DNA of 64,000 nt from the human T2T-CHM13v2.0 reference genome, Homo sapiens, in assembly GCF_009914755.1 (NCBI RefSeq), contig NC_060927.1, one strand, 5' to 3'. Below, in pieces: positions 28,325-42,903 of the stretch. Made by a program: the position numbers and the translations under genes. Within the stretch, counting starts at the first letter, position 1, and every line of letters begins with the position of its first letter. The notes under the pieces are model-generated. The model saw only the letters and a list, made by a program, of their open reading frames with translations, made no database searches and was not told the origin of the DNA.

Positions 28325-31300
28325 GTAAGTTTAATAAATTATAATGAAATTTATAGTTTTCTCATCTTTGAATTAGCCATTTATTTACTATGTCTCATAT
28401 TCTCATTCACGAAGGCAGAAATGATGAAACCAAAGATGATAGGCTCAAAATTCTATTTGTATTTAACTGAGGGAAGGTATAAACTATGTTATGCCACATC
28501 ACTGTTACACATTGGCTTCAGCAGTTTTACTTTACTGATTAGTATACCAAAACCAACTTGTGAGGTACATAATTCATGATATAAGTCAAGCAGTTTCAGA
28601 GTTATGTCAACTCTTTGATACTGTAGAAGATTTGCCTGTATTAGAGGTAGAGGTAATGGAGCTCTTTTTTTGTTTGTTTTTATTCTCACTTTTTTTCCCT
28701 CTCACAAGAGTCTTCTAATATTTAGTTTTTGTCTTTTTGAATATAAACTAATTACATGTTATGGTGGAAACACAGAGAATACAGAGACAGAGCATATAAA
28801 AATTACCACAGCACTCAGATGTAGTTACCGTTAATGTTGTATGTTTATTTTCTGTTTTTTTCTCATAATCTTGATCTACAAAAGTGAGATCACCTTACAT
28901 GTACAATTATGAATATCTTGCTTTTTAAAAACATAATAGTATAACATAAGCAGATACTCATGACCTTGACATTAAATCTTCTCTGAAGTCTTTTTAAAAA
29001 ATAGCTTTAATATCATTTAACATCAGTATACCCTAGTTTATCAAACCATTCTTATGTTGGTCAATAAGATTGTTGTAAAATTTTTAACGTGTTTGATAAT
29101 CCTTTGAAAAATATGTGTAAGTATTATCTTTGACTGAATTTCTTAAATCTCCTCAGAATATTAACTTTTATAAGGCTGTTGGTTTGTACTACCAATTCTT
29201 TCCGGAAGACTACACCAATTTTTATTTCACCAATAATGAATGACCGACCCTTCATAGCACCCTCGTCAACATTAGATTATTGCTTATATTATGTCAAAAA
29301 CTGACATCATTGTTTTGAAAGTATGTTTTCTAAATGTTTTACAACTATAAAAAATGAAAAATAGAAAATTAAATGTTTTACAACTATGTAGGGATATACC
29401 AGTTTAGCTTTGCTTATCTGCTATCATTTTAGTTAACAGCATTTAATAACATTTAGTGTATAAAATAGTATCTAATTAAGTTACCAGGGTTAATAAACTC
29501 ATTGTTCTAGTATTCTATTTCAGTATACCTATTTTTATTCTTGGTTGTAATAATACTGTATGTTTATCTTTGGCAGCTCCAAAAGTTCTGTAGTTTTTAC
29601 TTCAGGCCTTTAGTTTGAAAACTATGAGTTTTTTCAGGTTGTTGAAGCATCATCAATGATTTTTTAATGACTGAGAGAATTGTTATTTATATAATGATCT
29701 TAGTACTTAACATGTGGTTTCCAATGCCAGTGATGGCAGTTCTCAGCAGAGAAATTAACTTTTCCATTAAGCTATAATGAAAAGAATCAATAACCCTTAC
29801 TTAATCAGATATCTATAATACCTACTGCAGTTGTTCTCATTTGTATTTTAATACATTACAAGTTAGTCTGTAATATAATTTAATGCATAGCAAGTTAGTC
29901 TGTAGTATAATAGTAGTTATTGATGGTTACTCATTTTTTTAATAACGTAGTAAAATACACTAACAATATTTTCATCCAAAAATAAATTCAAGGTGTAAAT
30001 CAGCATATCTTTTTCAACTTGGAATTTATATTCTGCCATGTTGCTCCAAAGCTTGTTCACAGTTAAGACACAAGATCGTTGGGAAATCTTATACTATACC
30101 TCTGATGAGCATTATTACACTTTTTCTGAAAGCATTCTTCTTTGTTAGTCTGATTACACCTTTCTAATCTTTTTCTTCTATCTACTTCATTCATTTTTTT
30201 TTTTCTGCAACTACTACTTTACTTATACTTATAAACTCTGCATGACCTGGACTTTGCATCTCCTGTATTACTTTGCTAAGTTACATCTGAGTAACATACC
30301 GCGAAATTATTTTTTTCCAGAGGCTTACCTTTGAGCATATTGACTAAATTCCTTTAGGGGTTTTCTGCTTACTACAAAATAAAATCCCCAAATTTTAAAT
30401 AAAAGACAAGAAGGAAGTATTTAGCTTATGAAACATCTTCAGTTTATACCCTAGATGACTGACTACCTTATGTGACATTTCCAGGGAGTCATGGCTCATA
30501 GATTATAGGTTTGTTACTATAGCAGTCCTAAACCAGGACACCCTGGTAGGAGCATTGCATAGACAAGGACTCTCTTGCTAGTAAATATTAAGCCTATTTG
30601 CCAGGAGCCCCAGTTACCAACATGATTACAAGGAAATCACACTAGGTTACCTGTCTTTCTTTTTCTGGGGACATTCCCCAGATACCAGGAGAGGAACAAT
30701 TTTAGGCTAGCTGCTTTAATTTTTTTTTTTTCTCCCAGACATTTGCCATTTATGTACCTTAAATAACAACCAAACAGAAGAACTTATTCCTTCTTGCTTG
30801 TGTCCCTGTTGCCTCACAGTGACTTTGCCCAGGCCATTCCATTTATGTATCTCTGTGTGGTTAAACCCTACGTATCCTTGCCAGATTACTTCACATGTAA
30901 CTTCCTCCCAGTTGGATGTGATCTCCTTCTCTGAAACTTTATAATCATTTATCTTTTCTCTTACCACAATCTGTTTCTTAATTTTTTTCTTTTATACTCA
31001 AGTGTCAACTACCCGAGGTCTTTGTTTTTCTCCGTCTATATACCCATTGTATTTATATTGCATTTCAGGCACTAGATGCCCAAGATTCAAAGATAAAAAA
31101 GACATAATCTCAATCCATCAAAAATTGCTTCCCCACAACTCAACATGATGCATTCTATACAGAGTGCTTTCAATAAATATTTTGGGGAGGGAAGAGAGGT
31201 AGAAAAGGTTGTAGCAGTAATAATCCTGTTAAATCGGACATCATTCTTTGGGCAAATTTAATAAAATATTGAACCTTAGATTTCTCTAGAATATTCTACC

Positions 31301-31750
31301 TGTATCTTGAATGTAAATTTAAGAGGTATAAAAATATGATTATAGATATAAAAAGAGTAAATCGTTTTCCAGATATTAACAGGATATTTATTCTTGCATA
31401 TTCTTCCTCTACTAGCTTAATGGATACAATTTGTGAAATAATATTTAAAAATCTTAAACATGTAGCTGTGACTATCACATTTTTTTGTCTATTAGAATTA
31501 ATTTTTTAAAAAAGAGTAGACTTGTTTGCTATAAGATAATTTGTGTTGAAATGAACATTATTCCAGATTTAATGGCTCAAATATGTATTTATCAATTTAC
31601 TTCACTGACATTTTGAAGGATTTTTTTAGTTTGTTCACTGAGTTTGCCTTCTGTAATATACAAAATAGTTGGGCTAGACTGTAAATATGTAAGTCTAACC
31701 TGAAGTTTGTTTGAAAGTAACTGCTTTGCTCCTTCTCCCATATCCCCTAG

Positions 31751-31857
31751 TCAATGATACACTTGATGACATCTTTGACGGTTCTGATGACGAAGAAGAA
31801 AGCCAGGATATTGTGAATCAAGTTCTTGATGAAATTGGAATTGAAATTTCTGGAAAG
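31751..31857 (+). CDS. CHMP2B: CHMP2B exon 5 (INDTLDDIFDGSDDEEESQDIVNQVLDEIGIEISGK)
   Basis: cccctag acceptor, GTATGA donor, 107 nt; acidic ESCRT-III C-terminal half. Confidence 0.98.
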
Positions 31858-32058
31858 GTATGAACATCATCTTTTCTTAGTTGGAAATAGTTTCTGCCTA
31901 CCACGTTTGTCACTTAATTGTTTTGTTTTTACTAGGAGGTGCATGGTTTTTATTTCTGTTTCAAAAGTAAATTAAACAGACCTCTTTACAGCACATCCTG
32001 TATGTCCTAGTCCAAATGTTTCCTAATGCACGTTTGTCTTTTTCATTGTTTAATATAG

Positions 32059-32169
32059 ATGGCCAAAGCTCCATCAGCTGCTCGAAGCTTACCATCTGCC
32101 TCTACTTCAAAGGCTACAATCTCAGATGAAGAGATTGAACGGCAACTCAAGGCTTTAGGAGTAGATTAG
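32059..32169 (+). CDS. CHMP2B: CHMP2B coding exon 6 (MAKAPSAARSLPSASTSKATISDEEIERQLKALGVD*), with C-terminal VPS4-binding MIM1
   Basis: atatag acceptor after 201-nt intron 5; TAG stop; spliced CDS totals 642 nt = 213 aa. Confidence 0.98.
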   Translation: MAKAPSAARSLPSASTSKATISDEEIERQLKALGVD

Positions 32170-33840
32170 TCAAAAGAAGTCATACTATTTTGCTTACTTA
32201 TAATTATGTAGTATAAACCAAGCACAGTGCAGATTTCTTTTACAAAACACATGTATTTTGCAAAAAAAAAAAAAATGAAGACCATGAGTGAACAGTTGTT
32301 TCCTAACCCATGGCTATTTAGAATCTTTTGCCAAAGAATGACAATGATGCAAAAATGGGAACAGTTTGGATTTTAATTAGAACTGTTTAGGAGTGATGAT
32401 GTGTAAAAAGTTGACTTCTCTTTTGCATGGCACAGAGAAATTATATTCCTTACTTCATGTCAGTTTATGTTCTAAATCTTTTTCACTGAATATAAAAATC
32501 TTGTTAAATGCCATTAGGCACCAACTTAAAGAGGGTTGTAAAAATATTAAAAGTATATCGTTAATTCTGTATCTGTTGCTTGTCTTTTGTAAGTGATTAT
32601 GTGTTATGACCATAGGTGGTTACAGCTGCCAAATTATTTTTAAATGGTCAAAAAGAAGAGTGCTATTTAAACATCTGTCTTAAACAAAAACTGTCATAAC
32701 TTTTCTTTTTTCTTTTTCCATTAGGAGAACATTCTAGTTGGTAAATTTCAAAATGTGCTTGACACCTGCCTTAAATAGCACAGACCTATTGTGCACATCT
32801 TTAAATTATTTCAGCTGGCAGAAAAGAATTACATTTAAAACTGAAATCAAGGCCTCAATACAAAGATTATCCTGGCTCTTTTCTATCTCTGTGGGCCTAA
32901 TTGAAATATGTACTCTTATTTTAGACACGCCTCTGTTAAAACAGACCAGGTTTTCCTGGTCTCAGACCTATGATGACTTGTCCCTTTGATGTCACTACTG
33001 TGAATTGAATATAATTAGTAAAAATAGACGATGAATAAATAACACTTTATAGTAAGAAAACAATATATTTTGGCCATCTAAAAATGAGAATTATAATTAT
33101 ATGAATTATAATTTAAACTGTTTAATTTTGTTTAATGTGTATATTGAATCTTCCAAATTGAAGCCATTATTCTCAATTAAGTACTACAACTATGACAATG
33201 CTTGACCTACATTTCTAAAATAAAAATTCACATTTTTTGATAAATAAACTACAGTTTTACCAGAAATTACTATCTAAATGTGTATTAGCAGTATTTTTTA
33301 AGGTGAAATTGCCTTGGTATCTAATGAATGTGTAGACAGGGAGATAAAATGAAGGATTGCCAGACTAGTTAGAATAGAATTTAGGATTAGGTTAGTTTTG
33401 AAAAATGATGTTGTAATATATGGGTTCTAACACATCCTACCATAAAAACTGGAGGAGATATGTGTAACCTGGTTAATTTGGGATGGTGGACATTTTGGGC
33501 TAATACTGACAAAATACATCTTAGGACTAGTATACATGTGACACGGATTGCTAGGAGGAATGAAAAACTAAACTGTATAGTTTATATTCCGTAAACCATT
33601 TTATAATGTTCAAAGATTAGGTTTTGTTATTGATAGTATTAAATACACAGTTTCTCTTAACAGTGATGGGTGAAAACATTTTACCGGATTATGGAATGTT
33701 TACCAGAACATGTTTTGATTCTTGAATGTACATAATAATGCCATCTAACTTATTTACGTTCTTGTTTACATGTGGGAGCTTTTGTTTTCAAAAATTATTT
33801 TGTTAAAAAATCTCAATAAAGATTTATTATTGTTGTTCTT
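32170..33840 (+). other. CHMP2B: CHMP2B 3'UTR (end approximate)
   Basis: AU-rich sequence after the stop; AATAAA at 33034, 33219 and 33815; the last is followed by a T/GT-rich downstream element. Confidence 0.8.
33815..33820 (+). terminator. CHMP2B: Probable distal polyadenylation signal of CHMP2B
   Basis: AATAAA followed by ttgttgttcttttcttacctttttt (downstream U/GU-rich element). Confidence 0.75.
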
Positions 33841-35739
33841 TTCTTACCTTTTTTGCTCTTTTTGGTTCCTGCTAAAATTAAAAATTTTATGCATATTTGG
33901 TAATTTTTCAAAAGAATGATCTTTATTATTTTCCTAGAAGTACAATTAGATAAACTCTGCTACTTAACATTAAAAAAAAAACTATCTTCTTAAGAAATAA
34001 TTTGTACTAGACTAATGTTTGTGAATGTAATAAGCCTAAGAATTGGTGGTTTCACATTAATTTGTTCCCAGTATTCTCAGGGATTAAACATTTTTAAGTT
34101 TTATTTTTGAATGTATAAGTCCCAGTGACTTATTTCATTTCAGTCAAACATGGATACCACAAAAGAATTTGGACATAAAAGACAGAGAGATCATTCTGAT
34201 TTGGCTACATTTATAAAGTGTTCTGGTGGTAGTTTTCACAATCACTGTCACTGTGAATTTGTAATGTTATTCTATCCTTTGCTAAAAAGGAAAGTTACTT
34301 TTGAGCCCTTAAAGAATAAGAAATAAGGGTTCTTATAGATTGAGCTTAATGAAAACACTGGGTTTTTTTTAACCTGTTTTTTCTAACTTCTTTAGGCACA
34401 AAAATAAATATTTAACAATTGTAATCAAATAAGAGGTTGCTGTAATCAAACAAGAGGTTGCCATAGAAAGAATAGAAGAGTATCTCTATGACTGAAAAGG
34501 ATGCAGCCCAAAGCCACATTTTGTTACCAAATGAAAAAGTTATTTATGGGGGAAATTTCGGAGTACCAGAGAAGTAGAACGTGATACGAAAATGTCAATA
34601 CTCATGATAACACCTGTTCTTAGAAAACATAAAATGACCATCTGTCAGATGATTATGTTGCACACACTGTACTGTGTGCTCTGAGGGGAGTATCTGGTTA
34701 TTGCAAGAGCTAATGGGAAGGGGCTCAAGATTGTGACCCTATGGACCAGAGAGAGGAAGCTGTCAGCCTATGGGCTTTATGTTGTTTGACTTGCACAGTG
34801 ATATATCTTTTACTTTTTGCATTTGAATGCCTTTAGAGAAAACCTGGTACTCTCTTTTCCGCCAAAATGTGCATTTCCTACCATCCTAGTTGCCATACTT
34901 CTCACCTGATCTCTGTGGGCCTAATTGAAATATGTACTCTTATTTTAGACACTCCTCTGTTAAAACAGGTGTTTTAACATGTTAAAACAGACCAGGTTTT
35001 CCTGGTCTCAAAAGAGACCTGTGATGACTTGTCCCTTTGATGCCATTACTGTGCATGAAAAGGTTTTGGCAACTTCAGAAATACAGATCAACTTTCCAGT
35101 TTCCTCTCTGTAGAAGCTGAGGGTTCAAAACCATTCTAAGCTTAGTTGTTTTAGTAGTCAATTGGATTGATGTTGCCTTAGAGGAAGCCTGAAGATTGTG
35201 AAGCCTGATTTCAGGTGTCCTACTGTTGGAACACCACATTCCCCCAACAGCTTGAAAATACACCCCCCCCGCCGCCATCCCCAAACACTGAAAATATTTC
35301 TCTGACTACACAAATCCTTTCCACCTTTAGAGATGGAAAGGTAAATTGTATGAATGAGTTTATCAGCCACCTTTACTAGGTAAAGTTGAATGTACCAAAC
35401 TAGTAGAAATGACAAACATCTTTCTTCCATTTTAATGGACAAATCTACTGAATTCCTGAAGACTTAAAGAGTTCACAAATATGTAAGAGGGAAAGACTAT
35501 GGCTACAGTCAGCCTTTGTCATTTATTCCCCAAAGTATGAACATATCAGTCTACACAGTGAATTGTATGTCATTTGTTTAATTGAGGTTTAGGATTCTAA
35601 ATGGCATTAACCATTTTCTATTGTTTTGAAGATTAATCAAAATAAAGCATTATTTTAATGTAGTTAGAAAGTAGTCTCAATATAAATGAGTTTTGTATAA
35701 TACAAAACATTAATACAAATGAGTTACTGGTATTTACTG

Positions 35740-35995
35740 GCCGGGGAGGCCTCAGGAAACTTACAATCATGGTGGAAGGTACCTCTTTGCAGGGCGGCAG
35801 GAGAGAGAATGAGAGCCCAGCTAAGGGGAAAGCCCCTTATAAGACCATCAGATCTCATGAGAACCAACTATTGTAAGAACAGCATGTGGGAAACAGCCCC
35901 CCTAATCTTCATCTGGTCCCTCCCACTACACGTGGGGATTATGGGAACTACAATTCAAGATGAGGTTTGGGTGGGGACACAGCCAAACCATGTCA
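35740..35995 (-). mobile_element. Partial THE1/MST LTR
   Basis: ggggaggcctcaggaaacttacaatcatgg...gggtggggacacagccaaaccatgtca. Confidence 0.85.
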
Positions 35996-36018
35996 GTTAG
36001 CAAATAATTGCTATTTCA

Positions 36019-36289
36019 CTGGGCACACTGGTTCATGTCTGTAATTCCAGCACTTTGGGAGGCTGAGGAGGGAGGATCGCTTAGGTCTAGGAGTTCAAGA
36101 TCAGGCTGGGCAACACAGGGAGACCCTGTCTCTACAAAAATTTTGAACATAGCCAGGCATGGTGGCGTGGCACCTGTAGTCCCAGCTACTTCAGGAGACT
36201 GAGGTGGAGAGCCCAAGAGACTGAGGCTGCAGTGAACAATAATCGTGCCACTGTACTCCAGCCTGGGTGACAGAGCAAGATTCTGTCTC

Positions 36290-36336
<47 letters not shown>
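36019..36336 (+). mobile_element. AluJ-like element with an (AAT)n microsatellite tail
   Basis: Alu body; (AAT) about 15 at 36290-36336; TSD TTGCTATTTCA. Confidence 0.92.
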
Positions 36337-36337
<1 letters not shown>

Positions 36338-38005
36338 TTGCTATTTCATTAGTAAGTATTAACTCAAAATAATTTCTTTTAGGGAAAATACATGGTTCCC
36401 AATACTGGTAGTGTCTAAACTTGAAAATAATGACCTTATGGATGGATGTTTGATAATACTACTTATGATCTAAACATATTGATTTAAGCATATATACATG
36501 CTTATTTTTGTTACATAAAGTAAGAGTAAACATTACCAGAGGAATCATATTTAAAATGCAAAATAATCACTAATCTAGATTTATATTGCATGACATTTTG
36601 TTTCTATTTGCAAGTTTCAAAGTGCATATATACATTTTTGCATATATACGTATACATTTATGTATACATGATCTGGCTTTTAGCAAACTAAAGAATCCCT
36701 TCCCCAGTTAATGTGTTTTAAGTAGGCGAAGAAATACTGAGTTATCCAGAGAAGGAGCTTGAATGCCTGTGTGGCTGAATAATTTGGAATTTACTCTTAA
36801 ATAAGAATGTTGTATTTAATATCTTTTGGATGCTAAATGTGTGCTTAAGCATGGATGATTAGGCCACTGAAAGCTGTTTTGTTAGTTAAATGTCTATCTT
36901 TGTTAGTAATATATCAAATTTTACCCATCTAATTGATGGTGATTATGTATGAACATACATATATGATCTATGTAGATTATGACCTGTAAAAATGCTAGGT
37001 CTTTAATAATATCATAAAAAGAGACTGGACAGTATAATTTATTTAGTAAGCATTCTAATTCAACAATAAAATTTGGTCTAATTGTTACCACTTTTGTTAT
37101 ATAAAATAAGTTAGATAAACATAGCCAGCAGATTTACATCCAAATGCAAAACAGTCACTATTCTAAGTTAATATCACATTACAGTTTGCTTCTACTAGCA
37201 TGTTTCAAGGAAATGCATTCTTATAATTTAAATAAATATGTTCTTGTCGATAAAATTCTCAGAATTAAAATCTCAATATGTCAAACTTTTTACAAATAGT
37301 AAATCAGATTCTAATCGATTATACCAAAAGTGATCATGTCTTGTTATAGAAACCTGGATGATTTTCTAGATTGTGAGATTTCAAAAACATTATAATTTAA
37401 AATTAGGTGACACCATTCACATTTGTAGCCATTGTTAACCTTAAACACTCCTTCATTTAACAAAGATTGCATGCCTAATATGAGCAAGAACTTTCCCAAG
37501 CCCTGGAGAGGGAACACCAAACAAGCCAGATCTCTTCCTGTCCTGTTGCAGCTTACAGACTAATGGTTTGAGGCTCAAGAATCCATAAAGCATTATTTTC
37601 TACAGCTACACATCAAAAAGCTAATATTTAGGAAGAATAAAAAGATCAAAAATTAATGTTTCTACACATCTCTTTTGAAACAGTTCTATCAGCTATGCCC
37701 TAAATTTTAGCTTCAAAGTATCAATTCTGATTGAGGTTTATTCCTAAAGGGAGTAATAAAACTATAAGACACCTCCAGCTCTTAAGTTCAAAACTTTTAG
37801 TTCAGACAAATTAGTAGAGTTGGTAGAAAGCAGAACATTGGTTAATTTTTGAATTGGATATTTCTGGTGATGTGCTTTACATATGTGTCATTACTGACTT
37901 ACATGTTAAAAAGCTAATATACATGTTTGGAAAAGGAACTTATAAACCCATACTCATATGTCTGCGTGTGTGTGAGAAAGAGAGCGGGAGAGACAGAGAG
38001 ATCAT

Positions 38006-38011
38006 TTTATT
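38006..38011 (-). terminator. POU1F1: Candidate POU1F1 polyadenylation signal (a second candidate at 37737-37742)
   Basis: AATAAA on the - strand about 240 nt after the stop, followed by a (TC)/(AC)-rich tract. Confidence 0.55.
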
Positions 38012-38252
38012 ACTGTTAATATATTTGGCTTAAAATAGATAATGTGGCTTCTGAGAATAATTATTTTAAGTAAATAACATCAATATAATTTAAATTGTTG
38101 GTTTCTTTTTTTAAAAAAAAAGTGGAAAAGTAAAGCTTCTGTAAAAGCTATTGATATAAAATGATTTTAAGTCAACCAAGTAATTTCTGTTTTTGTTGAG
38201 GAAGAGAAAGGAATGAAACGGGAGAAAAAGGCTATTATACAATAGAAAAATC

Positions 38253-38549
<297 letters not shown>

Positions 38550-39141
38550 TCAATATTAACATGAAAAGGAAACTTAAAAACTCTGAACACACTTGCAGGA
38601 CACTTTAACAAGGACAAATGTATAATGTGTTAAATATGTAGATATTTTGTCTTATGTAAGGTAGAGTTACACGAGAGTCACGGAAAGCATTAAGTAGGGG
38701 ACCCAGACTTTCTATGTTTTTCCCACTTTGTGCCACCAGAGGGCACTGAGTTCTTGAGAAGAAAATGAACATTTTCCTAGACATTTCTAAATATCTCCCC
38801 AAAATCATTTAGGGCTGTTTACGATAAAGGAAATCTCTAGTAAACAACTGACCAACCAAAACAAAACCTGTCTTTTAGTATTTGCTAAGCATGTCTCACA
38901 GAAACTACAAAAAGATCAATGAACAATCTTTCTGGGTTGAAATGCAAGAGGTCATGTTGAACTTGAAGAGACCGAAACACTGATTACTAGTGTCACATTT
39001 TTAAATACTATAGACACCATGGATACTACATTGTCAGAGCAATAAGTTATAGCTAAAAGGGGAGAAGATATGGCCAGTCTCTTAGAAATGATTGTTTTCT
39101 TTCTGTTTGTATTCAAAATTTTGGAGTAAAAGTGTTCTTGA

Positions 39142-39684
<543 letters not shown>

Positions 39685-40404
39685 CTATAATGTGGAAAAG
39701 AGAGATAATTACAAACACAAAGTAGACTTTTTATAAAAAACGATCTGATTTGGATTTCAAATTTTCTTCATAAAACAATGCAAAATAAAAATGCTAGACA
39801 TTTTTGTCTTAAATTTTTGCAGTCTTTTTCTATTACAGACCTTAGAGAAAAATCTCAACGCAGAAATAAATATTAACCTTGCAAAGACACTTTCTACAAA
39901 TAATATCCTCACTTTACTTTTGTTGGAATGCTTGCTGTAAATACTCTCAAACCTCACTCTTTATCAGGCTCTGACATTTGTATGAGTAGATAATTTTAGC
40001 TCATTAAGTTGCATATCTAGCAATTGCTTATATTATTTTCTTGGAAGACTGGTGTGTGCAAATGTTTTGTGTACACTAATATTAGGATACAAATGTGATT
40101 CATATATAATTTCTCTAGTATAAAAGAGAGGAAAAAAATGGATGTGTAAAAAAATAAGTATTTTACCCCTTCATGCTGATGCCAACAAGCTTTCCTTATA
40201 TAGGTTATTCTATCCTCAATAAATTTATTTCCACACTTACATTGCCCTTCCTTTTTTGTTGTTTGTTTTAGTGTGATATAACAAAATGTTTATTTTTCAT
40301 CTCAAAGAGAAAAGGCGGAAAAAAACCCCTCAAACCTCCTGCTTTAGCATTAATCCTACTTATTGAAGCCATTATTTTTAGGTTAAAACACAGCACAGCC
40401 TTCA

Positions 40405-40644
<240 letters not shown>

Positions 40645-41519
40645 TCATTGTCACACAAATCTGTGTATCTTTGTCAACTATTACACACTATTTTTTAACT
40701 ATATATTCTTGGCAAATCAGAATTATTTAGTAAGATTCATTATACTTTGAAGTACTTGTGCAATACTTCAAAACATATTTCTTCTAGTTAATAAATTACT
40801 TTTATCTAGTCACTGAAAGAATTCAGATAGAAACATCTGCCATTCATAATATTTAACCAGTGTTTAGGTGTGTCCTAAACACTTCATAAGGCACTTGAAA
40901 ATTATGGCTTTTTTATCATTATTGTTAGTTATCAAATAATATATGCTCAAAAAATTTTAATATATTAACTATAATGCATAAAATATACGGTTATATATCA
41001 TAACATTCTTATTTCAACTCTAAAAGATTCAATGATATTGTTGAAGGGTACTAAATAAAACTAAGAATTATGTCACTTTCCCTAAAACCATATTTATTAA
41101 GAGGCTATGATTACACATTTCATGTATACTTCTGAGCCCATTTTATAGTTTTTGATAATGCCTCTGTCTTCAGACTAATGATCCTTATTGTTTGTCGCAA
41201 ACATTTTTAGAGTACAGCTGAAATAACATATAATTTGAAACATTCACAGTAATATAGATAGAAAACTGAAAATGAATTTCACAAAGATTCCTACTACTGT
41301 GCTTATCACATGTAATAGCTACATATTATTTCAGGACCTAAGGCTATATACCTATATGTATAAAATGGTTGCATATGATGCCCATCAATAAATATTCTTA
41401 TTACATTATCTATTGTTCATTCTGCAAGTGCAGAGGTTTGAACTATTATTTCAATCCATTAAAAAAATACACAATTTTATGCAATTTAACCAAAGTCAAT
41501 TGTTATAGTTGTTTTATTT

Positions 41520-42370
41520 TAAAAACACTTCAGTAGAAAATGAGCAAAGGCTCTGAACAGATAGTTCACAGAAAAGGAAATATAAATGATTGTCAAGCAT
41601 ATTAAATAATATACTTTACACTCATAATAAAAGAAATTTTAAATGAAAAAACAGTGAGATGTCACTTTGACCTGTCTGATTTGCAAAGATCTAAAAGATT
41701 AACAGCATATTTTTTCTTTCAACCACCATTTATTTATTTTGTGTTATAGTTATACTCTTCTAGATGCTGGAGATATCATTAAGGAGAAAATAAAAAGAAA
41801 TAGATTTTAAAAACTCATGCCGTTTTGGAGTTTATATAGCCTGAGGATGGTGAAAAAGATTCTCATGGTAGTAGTAAAATTTGGTACAACTTCTCTAGAG
41901 ACCAGTTTGATAACATCTATCAAAATTACCAGTACACATACTTTTGATCAAGCAATTGTGCTTCTAACATTTTTGCTGCGCATATATTTATATGAGTGCA
42001 AAATAACATTTATAGGGTTAATCATCGTGGTATCGTTTTTATCAGCCAAAGATCAGAAACCACCTAAATTTCATCAGTAGAGGACTGGTCAAATAAATTG
42101 CAGTATATTCATAAAGTGGAACTTGACAGCCCCACAAAGGAAAAGGAGCTCTAGAAAAATTACTACTGAAAACTTCAAATAATACATATGTTTGGCACAA
42201 TACATATATTTCCATATATATTTACTTATATATCCATGAGATATCATTGGAAAGATACACAAGGAACTAACAACGATATACAGAAAAAGCAAGCAGAAGG
42301 GATACATGTCACTTATACTCTTTTGTACTTTTGAATCATATAAATGTATGGCCTATTCAAAATTTCAAAT
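41520..42370 (+). mobile_element. Ancient L1ME-like 3' fragment
   Basis: aaaatgagcaaaggctctgaacagatagttcacagaaaaggaaatataaatg; ggtagtagtaaaatttggtacaac; aaaccacctaaatttcatcagtagaggactgg. Confidence 0.7.
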
Positions 42371-42579
42371 AAAATATAGATAAAAATGGGCACTTCAAAA
42401 CTAATGTTGAGGTAAGTTTTGAAAGAGTATTATTAATTTAAAAATTATGTATTTAGGCTCTTAAGAAATTATAAGGAAACAAATGTTTTTGGAGGATTTC
42501 CATAACGACTAACTACGTCCACAGTAGAGATGAAGAATGAGAATCATCTTGTATTTTTTAGCAATATATAAGAGATTTA

Positions 42580-42903
<324 letters not shown>

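Noticed and set aside
29332-29911. Small direct repeats (aaatgttttacaactat x2; caagttagtctgta x2); similar ones near 34420-34461, 56573-56600 and 62036-62101
   Set aside because: Ordinary micro-duplications in AT-rich DNA with no sign of function
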